Part shown: positions 9,672 through 17,601 of the stretch, in pieces
Layout of the letters: every line of letters begins with the position of its first letter
How positions within the stretch are numbered: the stretch's first letter is position 1
Assembly: GCA_902514275.1 (NCBI GenBank)
Contig: CABXQD010000002.1
Span: 28,587-92,586, forward strand
Reading direction: 5' to 3'
Length of the DNA: 64,000 nucleotides
Origin: an uncultured marine group I thaumarchaeote
GTDB taxonomy: Archaea; Thermoproteota; Nitrososphaeria; Nitrososphaerales; Nitrosopumilaceae
Notes under the pieces: model-generated
What the model was told of the DNA's origin: nothing
Seen by the model: the letters and a program-made list of their open reading frames with translations, nothing else
Database searches by the model: none
Made by a program: the position numbers and the translations under genes

Positions 9672-9738
9672 TATACTCCAAAATGAAATGCGGCATATAA
9701 TTCATTAAAAAATTAAAAAAATGAAAAAATATTATAGT

Positions 9739-11151
9739 TTATTGACCGGTAAGGATTCCAGCTACTACAGGAATTACTTCCCAGAGTGGAATTACACCAT
9801 TGTCTTTCATTTCAGAAGCTACTTCATCAGTGTATAAACCGTGAATGTTTACTGCAGGGTGGGCAATACTGTTAACTCCAGTTGGAGGAACTGCATCACT
9901 TGGATTGCCTAAAACATATGCATAAGATGCTACTGGTGCTGGGATAATCTCAGCATCGACTAGAACTGGGTTCAAGCCGAATGGATCACCTGCAACAAAG
10001 ATTGTTGCTGCGCCAGTGTAAATTGCTGCATAATCATGGTTTACTGCTGCGTATACACCTGGTTCATCAAAGACTAAATCAACAATCATGTTTTGTGAGC
10101 CACCGAGTAACCATGTTTCAGTTGCTGCGGATTGTACTCTGTTGCCTTGGACAACTCTATCCAATATTTCTCCAACAATGTGGAAGAAAACTGGTTCGTT
10201 ACCTTGGTTCTCAACAAAGAGTCTCACGTGTTGATCATTTTCAACAAACAAGAGTTGTGATTGGTATTGCTCGTGTTCAAGTCCATTCCATGGTTGTGCA
10301 ACAAAAATATTTTTGTTGGTATCACCATTTACAAGTAAGTTGTGTGCCATGTTTGGTACATAACCAAATTGCATTCCATTAACTACAGTTGCGGTGTTTT
10401 GATGACCAAACATTGCGCCGGCATCATAGTTACCATCTGCGGTAAGGTACAATTGATTGTATTGGAGTGTGAACTCTAATGCATCTGCATCATAGAAAAC
10501 TCTGTCTAATTCACCGCTGCCGCTAGTTTTCTCTACCATTAATTTCTTGTATCCGTTAGCTGGGTCAACGATTGCAATTCCGTACATGCCGGAAAGAACG
10601 TGTTGATCCATACCTGCTAAGTGAACACCAGAACAATGGTATTTGAAAACACCAGCTGATTCAGCAATGTAGCAATATTGACTTGTTTCTCCTGGGTTAA
10701 CAGAATCAAAGTATGTTGCTGACATTTGTGATGCGTGCATATCGTTACCGTGACCAGTAACTTCATCTGCTGGAATAACGAGTGTCATTTGTACAACGTC
10801 ACCTTGTGTAACTCTTAATGTTGGTCCTGGGACTTGTCCATTAAAGGTCATGGCGTTGTAGGTTTTTCCTCCCATGATTGGAAGTTCGACACTTTCACCA
10901 GTTAGATTAAACTCGACGACAGTTCGTCCAGTATCTGCAAGTGCACCACAATCAGTTTCTGCGAATGCTTGAGGCATCACAAGTTGTAAACCGCCCATTT
11001 GATGGATTTGTTCAAGTACGTCAACATCCATTTTGTTGATGTCGAGTCCTTGTCCACTAATTTGGGTATTTGTGTATGTGCTTCCGAATAAGGTTGCTCC
11101 CATTACAGCTACTGCTGCAATTGTGAAGAGCATACTAACTTTCTTATTCAT
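9739..11151 (-). CDS. nirK: Copper-containing nitrite reductase, archaeal NirK
   Basis: FNGQVPGPTLRV, HGNDMH, YHC...DQHVLSGM (type 1 and 2 Cu ligands, catalytic Asp), FHIVG (catalytic His), VNHD; N-terminal signal. Confidence 0.9.
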   Translation of the reverse strand: MNKKVSMLFTIAAVAVMGATLFGSTYTNTQISGQGLDINKMDVDVLEQIHQMGGLQLVMPQAFAETDCGALADTGRTVVEFNLTGESVELPIMGGKTYNAMTFNGQVPGPTLRVTQGDVVQMTLVIPADEVTGHGNDMHASQMSATYFDSVNPGETSQYCYIAESAGVFKYHCSGVHLAGMDQHVLSGMYGIAIVDPANGYKKLMVEKTSGSGELDRVFYDADALEFTLQYNQLYLTADGNYDAGAMFGHQNTATVVNGMQFGYVPNMAHNLLVNGDTNKNIFVAQPWNGLEHEQYQSQLLFVENDQHVRLFVENQGNEPVFFHIVGEILDRVVQGNRVQSAATETWLLGGSQNMIVDLVFDEPGVYAAVNHDYAAIYTGAATIFVAGDPFGLNPVLVDAEIIPAPVASYAYVLGNPSDAVPPTGVNSIAHPAVNIHGLYTDEVASEMKDNGVIPLWEVIPVVAGILTGQ

Positions 11152-11172
11152 GGTACAAATCCCAAATTAGAG

Positions 11173-11180
11173 ATATAAAT
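11173..11180 (-). promoter_or_regulatory. Probable TATA box of nirK (leaderless-type spacing)
   Basis: ATTTATAT on the minus strand, 22-29 nt upstream of the ATG. Confidence 0.55.
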
Positions 11181-11313
11181 ACTAAACCAGTATTTTCATG
11201 ATGCTAACGATCTTAATTAGATAATTCATCAAATTCTGTCATGGAAACTCATTCCATAAGTATAGAATAATTTGAAAAGGAATGAATAATAGAAGTTAAA
11301 ATCTAAAATCAAC

Positions 11314-12675
11314 ATGAAATTTAGATTAGATGAAGATTCTCTAGGAAAAGTCAAAATTCCTGAAGATGCATACTATGGTGCATTTACAGGTCGAGCAATT
11401 AACCAATATCACGTTACAGGAAATAAAGCCCACAAAAATTTGATTGATGCATTTGTAATGATAAAAAGATCTGCAGCAGTTGCAAATATGAAAACAAAAG
11501 CAATTGATGCAAAACGTGGTAAAGCCATAGTTTCAGCATGTGATAAAATATTGTCAGGAAAATTTATTGATCAATTTGTTGTAGATATGATCAATTCAGG
11601 TGCAGGAACTGCATTTAACATGAATTCTAATGAAGTAATATCAAATGTAGCGTTAGAAGTATTACATAAAAAAAGAGGACAGTACGAATTCCTACATCCA
11701 AATGATCATGTTAACATGTCACAATCAAGTAACGATACATACCCTACTGCAATGCATGTTGCTATTTTGATGAATCTTAAAGAAACAATACCAGTAATTG
11801 AAATTTTAATTAAATCATTATCTAAAAAAGCAAAAGAATTTTCATCGTTTAAAAAAATTGGAAGAACACATTTGATGGATGCATTACCAATTACATTAGG
11901 TAGTGAATTTGCAGCTTATGCAACATCAATAACAAAAGCTAAAAACAACATCATCATAGCACAAAAAGAATTACAAAATGTAGCACTTGGAGGAACAGCA
12001 GTAGGTAATGGAGCAAATACACCAAAAGGATATAGAAAAATTGCAATTACAGAACTTGGAAAAATTTCTAAACTTAAACTAAAACCAGAACCAGACATGC
12101 AATTTAGTCTACAAAGTAAACTGCCAGTTGCAAATGTATCATCTGCATTACGAAACTTAGCATTAGAAATCGGAAAAATTGCAAATGATATCAGATTAAT
12201 GGCATCGGGTCCAATTGCAGGCTTAGCAGAATTAGGAATTCCTGCAGTTCATGCAGGATCATCAATTATGCCAGGGAAAGTAAACCCATCATTAGCTGAG
12301 TGCATGAACATGATTTGTTTCAACATCATTGGAAATGATACAGCAGTATCATATGCAGCACAAGGTGGGCAATTTGAGCTAAATGTAATGTTACCAGGAA
12401 TGCTAAAACCAATATTAGAATCAACAGATATGCTAAAAAATTTCTTGCCAATATTTTCTGCAAATCTAATTGATGGACTTACAGCAAATAAACAAAAATT
12501 GCAAGAAAATATTGAAAACAGTCCAGTAATTGTTACGTTACTAACACCAAAAATAGGATATTTGAAATCAGCAGAACTTTTCAAAGAATCATTAAAAACT
12601 GGAAAAACAATTAGAGAATTAGTAGTTTCAAAGAAACTAATGAGTAACAAAGAAATCGATTCATTATTTAGATAA
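11314..12675 (+). CDS. Class II fumarase / aspartate ammonia-lyase family
   Basis: SGAGTAFNMNSNE, HPNDHVNMSQSSND, GRTHLMDA, GSSIMPGKVNP; FumC versus AspA not resolved by eye. Confidence 0.9.
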   Translation: MKFRLDEDSLGKVKIPEDAYYGAFTGRAINQYHVTGNKAHKNLIDAFVMIKRSAAVANMKTKAIDAKRGKAIVSACDKILSGKFIDQFVVDMINSGAGTAFNMNSNEVISNVALEVLHKKRGQYEFLHPNDHVNMSQSSNDTYPTAMHVAILMNLKETIPVIEILIKSLSKKAKEFSSFKKIGRTHLMDALPITLGSEFAAYATSITKAKNNIIIAQKELQNVALGGTAVGNGANTPKGYRKIAITELGKISKLKLKPEPDMQFSLQSKLPVANVSSALRNLALEIGKIANDIRLMASGPIAGLAELGIPAVHAGSSIMPGKVNPSLAECMNMICFNIIGNDTAVSYAAQGGQFELNVMLPGMLKPILESTDMLKNFLPIFSANLIDGLTANKQKLQENIENSPVIVTLLTPKIGYLKSAELFKESLKTGKTIRELVVSKKLMSNKEIDSLFR

Positions 12676-12678
12676 ATT

Positions 12679-13947
12679 ATGGCAAAAATTTTCGTAGAAG
12701 CCTATGGATGTTCTGCTAGTTTTGCAGATTCTGAAATGATTTCTGGATTAATTGTAAATGGAGGACATACATTGGCAACAAATTCATCAGAATCAGATCT
12801 GAATCTCATAGTTACTTGTTCTGTAAAAGATACAACTGCAAATAAAATGATGCATAGAATCAAATCATTAAAAACAAAACCGTTAATCGTTGCAGGATGT
12901 TTGCCAAAAGCTGAAAAAAGTAATGTTGAAAAATTTACAGAAAATGCTAGTTTACTAGGACCAAATTCATTAGGAAAAACACTTGATGTAATTAATTCAA
13001 CATTATCAGGTAGAAAACAAATTGCATTAGAAGATTCAGATTTATCAAAAGTAGGATTACCTAAAGTGAGACTAAATCCCACTGTAGGTATTGTAGAAAT
13101 TGCAAGTGGCTGTATGAGTGAATGCACATTTTGCCAGACCAAATTATCCAAAGGAGATCTCTCAAGTTATAGATTAGGAGATATTGTAAGACAAGTTCAA
13201 ACAGAGATTAAAGAAGGATGTAAAGAAGTATGGTTAACATCAACAGATAACGGATGTTATGGTTTTGATATTGGAACTGACTTACCAACATTAGTAAATG
13301 CAGTTTCAGAAATTCAAGAAGATTTTATGATCAGAGTTGGAATGATGAATCCAATGTACATGCCAAGAATTAAAGAAAAATTAATAGAATCATATGACAA
13401 TGACAAAGTTTTCAAATTTTTACATCTTCCAGTTCAAAGTGGAAGTAACAAAGTACTAAACGATATGAAAAGAGGTCACACATCTGAAACATTTAGAGAG
13501 ATTGTTAAAAAGACAAAAGATAGATTTGAGGACTTTACAATTTCAACAGACATCATTGTAGGATTTCCATCAGAAACAGAAGAAGATTTTCAAAAAACAT
13601 TGGCATTGTTAGATGAAACAAAACCAGATGCAGTAAATTTATCAAAATATAGTGCCAGACCAGGAACTGATGCGGCAGAATTAAAACAAATTGATGCAGC
13701 AGAAATTAAACGAAGAAGTAAAATAATTTTTGAACAGATCAACAAAATATCCCTAGAAAGCAACAAAAAATGGATCGGATGGAAAGGAAAAGTGTTGTTT
13801 GATGAAAATACGGAAGAAGGAATCAAAGGGAGAAATTATGCTTACAAACCTATTGCAGTACAGGAGAAGGTCAACATAGGTGATTCACATATCGTTGAAA
13901 TTATAGATGCCACAAGAAAAAGGCTGATTGGTAAGATCGCAAGCTAA
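12679..13947 (+). CDS. tRNA t6A37 methylthiotransferase (archaeal/eukaryotic MtaB/CDKAL1 type)
   Basis: UPF0004 Cys residues (YGC, TCSV, GCLP), radical SAM CMSECTFC, RVGMMNP, C-terminal TRAM. Confidence 0.85.
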   Translation: MAKIFVEAYGCSASFADSEMISGLIVNGGHTLATNSSESDLNLIVTCSVKDTTANKMMHRIKSLKTKPLIVAGCLPKAEKSNVEKFTENASLLGPNSLGKTLDVINSTLSGRKQIALEDSDLSKVGLPKVRLNPTVGIVEIASGCMSECTFCQTKLSKGDLSSYRLGDIVRQVQTEIKEGCKEVWLTSTDNGCYGFDIGTDLPTLVNAVSEIQEDFMIRVGMMNPMYMPRIKEKLIESYDNDKVFKFLHLPVQSGSNKVLNDMKRGHTSETFREIVKKTKDRFEDFTISTDIIVGFPSETEEDFQKTLALLDETKPDAVNLSKYSARPGTDAAELKQIDAAEIKRRSKIIFEQINKISLESNKKWIGWKGKVLFDENTEEGIKGRNYAYKPIAVQEKVNIGDSHIVEIIDATRKRLIGKIAS

Positions 13948-14019
13948 ATTTTTTCGATCTATAATTTGATAAAAAAAACGTAAGAAGGTTTTTTATGTAA
14001 ATCAGAGAATAAGATTAGA

Positions 14020-14967
14020 ATGAGTTTTCAAGTCAAAGAACCAGTATTAGTCATAGGTTTAGGTGGAGTAGGCTCAAAATTGGCAAATGAAGCTAAAAAC
14101 ACTCTAAATTCAGATTGCTTAATGATCAGTAACGATTCAAAAGACTTCTCACCAGAAAATGAATCAATTAAAGTATCTACAAATTCAATAATTAATCCAT
14201 CAGTTCAGTTAATCAGAGGTTCAACTTACAAAGTATCTAAAGAAATTAAATCCAAAATTTCACAATATTCCACAATCATACTAATGAGCAATCTAGCTGG
14301 AAAAGCAGGTTCAGCTATGGCCCCAGTCATTTCTGAAATATGTAAGGAAACAGACAAAGGATTAATCTCATTTGCAGTAATGCCATTCAAATATGAAAAA
14401 GAAAGAATATTCAATTCAGGAATAGCACTCAAAAGAGTTAGAGAAAATTCTCAATGCACGATTGTATTAGATAATGATTCATTGTTAGAAAGTAATCCAG
14501 ATTTAAGTCCAAAAACATGTTACAGTATTGCAAATTCAGCAATAATGCACATAGTAAAATCACTTGAAACAACAGAAATAGATTCAGAAACAAATATTCT
14601 AACTACAAGTAAAGATGGACAAAGTATGGAAGACTCACTAAGAGATTCATTAAAAATGCTTTACCAAAATGCATCTCCAAATGCAGTAAAGAATTCAATG
14701 TTGTATGTAGTAGGTGGAGAAAATATTCCAGTTGGAGTAATTAATTCAATTAAAAATATTTCAAATGGTATGACAAATGAATCGCATTCACAAATTAGCA
14801 TGTCATCATCAGAAGAATCCAAAATAGTCATGTTATCATCAGTTCAAACAATGACAAAATTTGAAAATTATGATCCATTAGGAATGATTCCACAAGAAAA
14901 AACTCTCGATTGGGATACTCCTGATTGCAGTATAGATTGTAAATTAGATCTATATCAATTAGAATAA
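14020..14967 (+). CDS. Divergent FtsZ/tubulin-family protein
   Basis: VIGLGGVG, MPFKYE, LDNDSL; GGGTGTG loop replaced by LAGKAGSA, as known for nitrosopumilid FtsZ-like proteins. Confidence 0.85.
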   Translation: MSFQVKEPVLVIGLGGVGSKLANEAKNTLNSDCLMISNDSKDFSPENESIKVSTNSIINPSVQLIRGSTYKVSKEIKSKISQYSTIILMSNLAGKAGSAMAPVISEICKETDKGLISFAVMPFKYEKERIFNSGIALKRVRENSQCTIVLDNDSLLESNPDLSPKTCYSIANSAIMHIVKSLETTEIDSETNILTTSKDGQSMEDSLRDSLKMLYQNASPNAVKNSMLYVVGGENIPVGVINSIKNISNGMTNESHSQISMSSSEESKIVMLSSVQTMTKFENYDPLGMIPQEKTLDWDTPDCSIDCKLDLYQLE

Positions 14968-15006
14968 ATTTTCTCTAGTAGTTATTAAAATTCTAAAAAT
15001 ACTTCA

Positions 15007-15234
15007 TTAGTTTAAAACACCATTATCATCTTTAGAATCAGATGAAACGATAGATTTCATTTGTGAAGTATCAGAACAAGTTTTTCTAAATCCAATATTA
15101 TGTTCTAAAACTCTAACCATACCATATCTTCTATATCCTTGAATTGAATCATCATATTCCTTATCATGTACTGTTAAGACCACTGCCTTTACTTTTTTAG
15201 CACATGTTTTACAATAAACAAAGATCTCAGGCAT
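15007..15234 (-). CDS. Small hypothetical protein, possible Zn binder
   Basis: 75 aa, CKTC...H...C; TATA-like TTTTTAAG upstream. Confidence 0.65.
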   Translation of the reverse strand: MPEIFVYCKTCAKKVKAVVLTVHDKEYDDSIQGYRRYGMVRVLEHNIGFRKTCSDTSQMKSIVSSDSKDDNGVLN

Positions 15235-15480
15235 GACTAATCTTAGTAAATAATGTAGGACTTAAAAATTTGATTAATTTTGAAACTAGTGATAATACAA
15301 CAAGGAAATATGGAAAAGAAAGAATTCCATTAATCTCCATCATTCAAATCTGCAAATGATAGCATTTTCTTGTTAAAACAACTAGACACAAAAAATATTT
15401 AAGTTTGATCCAAATCACAAATTAGATAAAAATTAGAAAATAAGAGAAGAAGATAAATCAAAGAAAAACATTATAGATCA

Positions 15481-15615
15481 ATGAAAAATGAATTCACAAA
15501 TACTATCGAAAAGAAAGTATTTTGTTTCATAATGGATTTACCAGAATCCAATTTAGACAAAAAAATAAAATCTAAATCGAAAAATAATCACATAGATGAT
15601 CATTATTCGTTTTAG
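15481..15615 (+). CDS. Possible 44-aa small ORF
   Basis: MKNEFTNTIEKKVFCFIMDLPESNLDKKIKSKSKNNHIDDHYSF* in an otherwise empty gap; no motif. Confidence 0.25.
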   Translation: MKNEFTNTIEKKVFCFIMDLPESNLDKKIKSKSKNNHIDDHYSF

Positions 15616-15650
15616 ATTAACTAATTTTGTAAAATAGAAAATTTTAACTT

Positions 15651-16052
15651 TTAATCTTTTGCTGGTGCTTCTTCTTTTGCTGGTGCTTCTTCTTTTGCTG
15701 GTGCTTCTTCTTTTGCTGGTGCTTCTTCAGCAGCATCTACTTTATCATCAATTTTTTTAGTTTCTTTTTGAGGAGCTACAGAAGATTCTACATCATCAAA
15801 ATAAGGAGATACAAGAACATAACCTTCATCAGTTTTGCTCATTCTAACTTTAATTTTTCTTGGAGGACTACGAACGCCTCTAGCCCAAATTTGATGTGCT
15901 AATTCTTCATCAATTTTGATAATTTCTACTTTCATGTGATGTTGAGCAAATTCTTTAATCATGTTGATTGCACGAACAGCACGATGTTGTGATTGTGAAA
16001 TCAAAACTTTACCTAAAGGAATTGTATAAACACGTTCTAATTCTTGAGACAA
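15651..16052 (-). CDS. rpl31e: 50S ribosomal protein L31e with repetitive C-terminal tail
   Basis: ERVYTIPL, RAVRAI, IWARG...PPRKIKVR; TTG start directly after the rpl39e stop. Confidence 0.95.
   Translation of the reverse strand: MSQELERVYTIPLGKVLISQSQHRAVRAINMIKEFAQHHMKVEIIKIDEELAHQIWARGVRSPPRKIKVRMSKTDEGYVLVSPYFDDVESSVAPQKETKKIDDKVDAAEEAPAKEEAPAKEEAPAKEEAPAKD
15655..15726. repeat. 18-bp tandem repeat x4 (EEAPAK) in the rpl31e tail
   Basis: tcttttgctggtgcttct x4, perfect. Confidence 0.95.
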
Positions 16053-16211
16053 TTATCCTACCTCCACATCAGTTGATCTCCAAGCCCTACGTTTAGGATT
16101 GGTTCTAACACTTCTATTTGTTTTTAGAATTATCCAAGCTGGTACTGCTGATGCTTGCTTTGTCTTTTTTAACAGACGAATTTTTCTTGGTGAGGACTTG
16201 CGTGCAGCCAT
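16053..16211 (-). CDS. rpl39e: 50S ribosomal protein L39e (not in ORF track)
   Basis: Hand translation MAARKSSPRKIRLLKKTKQASAVPAWIILKTNRSVRTNPKRRAWRSTDVEVG*; canonical position before rpl31e. Confidence 0.96.
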   Translation of the reverse strand: MAARKSSPRKIRLLKKTKQASAVPAWIILKTNRSVRTNPKRRAWRSTDVEVG

Positions 16212-16248
16212 AGATGTTCAGGCACGAAGAGCTCTTTTTAAATGAATC

Positions 16249-16797
16249 TCACAAATCTAGTTTATTTTCAATTTGTTTCAAGATTCTAGCAGAAGCCCCC
16301 CAAACTATCTGCGCCTGATACTCAAAAGTATACATTTCATCAACAAGATTATGATTTTGATCGGTATCCTTTCTAACCGTTTTAAGTAAAGAATCCAAAG
16401 GCATATGAAAAATTTTCTCAACTTCAGAATTGGATGTAAGAGAAGGGATTTGATCTAAAACAGATACAAAAGGTAAAATCAAAAAACCAGAATTTAGTGT
16501 TGAAACAGGATGTAATTGACCCACTACTTGATCTTTTGAAATATTTAATCCAATTTCTTCATTAGTCTCACGTAATGCAGTTTCTAAAAGATTAGAATCG
16601 TTAACATCAAGTTTCCCACCAGGAAAAGAAATTTCACCAGCATGAAGTTTCATACTTTTTGGTTTTTCAGTCATTATGATTTTGGGAGATTGATCATAAA
16701 TCACTACAAGAACAGATGCTAATCTATAACTTGTATCAGATTTGATTTCAGGGTCAATAGGAGTAGAAAATACAGATTTTAAATCATCTAAAAACAT
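16249..16797 (-). CDS. Nudix hydrolase, CoA pyrophosphatase type
   Basis: HAGEISFPGG motif, Nudix box ALRETNEEIG, IVWGASA. Confidence 0.88.
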   Translation of the reverse strand: MFLDDLKSVFSTPIDPEIKSDTSYRLASVLVVIYDQSPKIIMTEKPKSMKLHAGEISFPGGKLDVNDSNLLETALRETNEEIGLNISKDQVVGQLHPVSTLNSGFLILPFVSVLDQIPSLTSNSEVEKIFHMPLDSLLKTVRKDTDQNHNLVDEMYTFEYQAQIVWGASARILKQIENKLDL

Positions 16798-16869
16798 AAT
16801 ATTTTTCCTATAATTACACAGAAGTTTTACTATTCAAAGGTTTTAACCAAGTATAGAAAAAATGAAAAT

Positions 16870-17601
16870 ATGACAATAAGATTTGAGGCAAATCCACCTA
16901 AAATTTTACCAAATATCAATACAGAAGAATCAATTGAAAAATTTGTCAATAGAATTAAAATAATTTCAAAAAAATGTGATGCAATTCACTTAACAGAAAA
17001 CGTGTTAGGTCATCAAAGAGTATCACCAATTACAATAGCAGAAATCATCAAAAAAGAAATCCCAAATATCCCAATCACAATTAGTCTAAGAATTAGAGAC
17101 AAAAGTGAAGATGAAATTGAAAAAATTGTTGACAAGTGTATTTCAATTGGAATTTCAGGAATTTTGATACTTTTAGGTGACCCTTCACAAATAAAGACTT
17201 CAAATTCAGGCTTAATTCCAAGTCAAGTAGTTTTAAATCTAAAAAATAAAAAATATGATTCAAAAATTGAATTATTTCTTTCAATATCAAATAAACCAAA
17301 TTTTTCAAAAATTGGGAGAAAAATCAAAGCAAACCCCAAAGGATTCATGACACAAGTTGTTCAAAATTTACAACAAGTTCAAAATCTTTCAGATAATCTA
17401 AAACAATTTTCAATCATTCCAATCATTTTATTTCCATCAGAAAAAAATCAAAAATCAGCAGATTTTTTGGGATTGAATTTAACAGAGTATAGTAAAGAAT
17501 TCGATAAATTTGTGAAAGAAACATACAAAATTACAAAAGATATCTTGCTAACATCTCCAAACGATTTTAATGGATTAAAAGAATATTTGGAAAATTTCTA
17601 A
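16870..17601 (+). CDS. Methylenetetrahydrofolate reductase-like protein
   Basis: FEANPPK, IHLTEN, LRIRD, LLGDP, FMTQ; short and divergent; convergent with the MetH genes. Confidence 0.7.
   Translation: MTIRFEANPPKILPNINTEESIEKFVNRIKIISKKCDAIHLTENVLGHQRVSPITIAEIIKKEIPNIPITISLRIRDKSEDEIEKIVDKCISIGISGILILLGDPSQIKTSNSGLIPSQVVLNLKNKKYDSKIELFLSISNKPNFSKIGRKIKANPKGFMTQVVQNLQQVQNLSDNLKQFSIIPIILFPSEKNQKSADFLGLNLTEYSKEFDKFVKETYKITKDILLTSPNDFNGLKEYLENF

Noticed and set aside
9739-11151. Higher GC of nirK as a sign of recent horizontal transfer
   Set aside because: More C-ending codons (AAC, TAC, TTC) fit high-expression bias; the protein is the typical archaeal NirK; no mobility signs
15235-15480. AT-rich gap as a replication origin or gene remnant
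   Set aside because: No ORB-like repeats with G-strings, no cdc6 neighbour, only tiny ORFs
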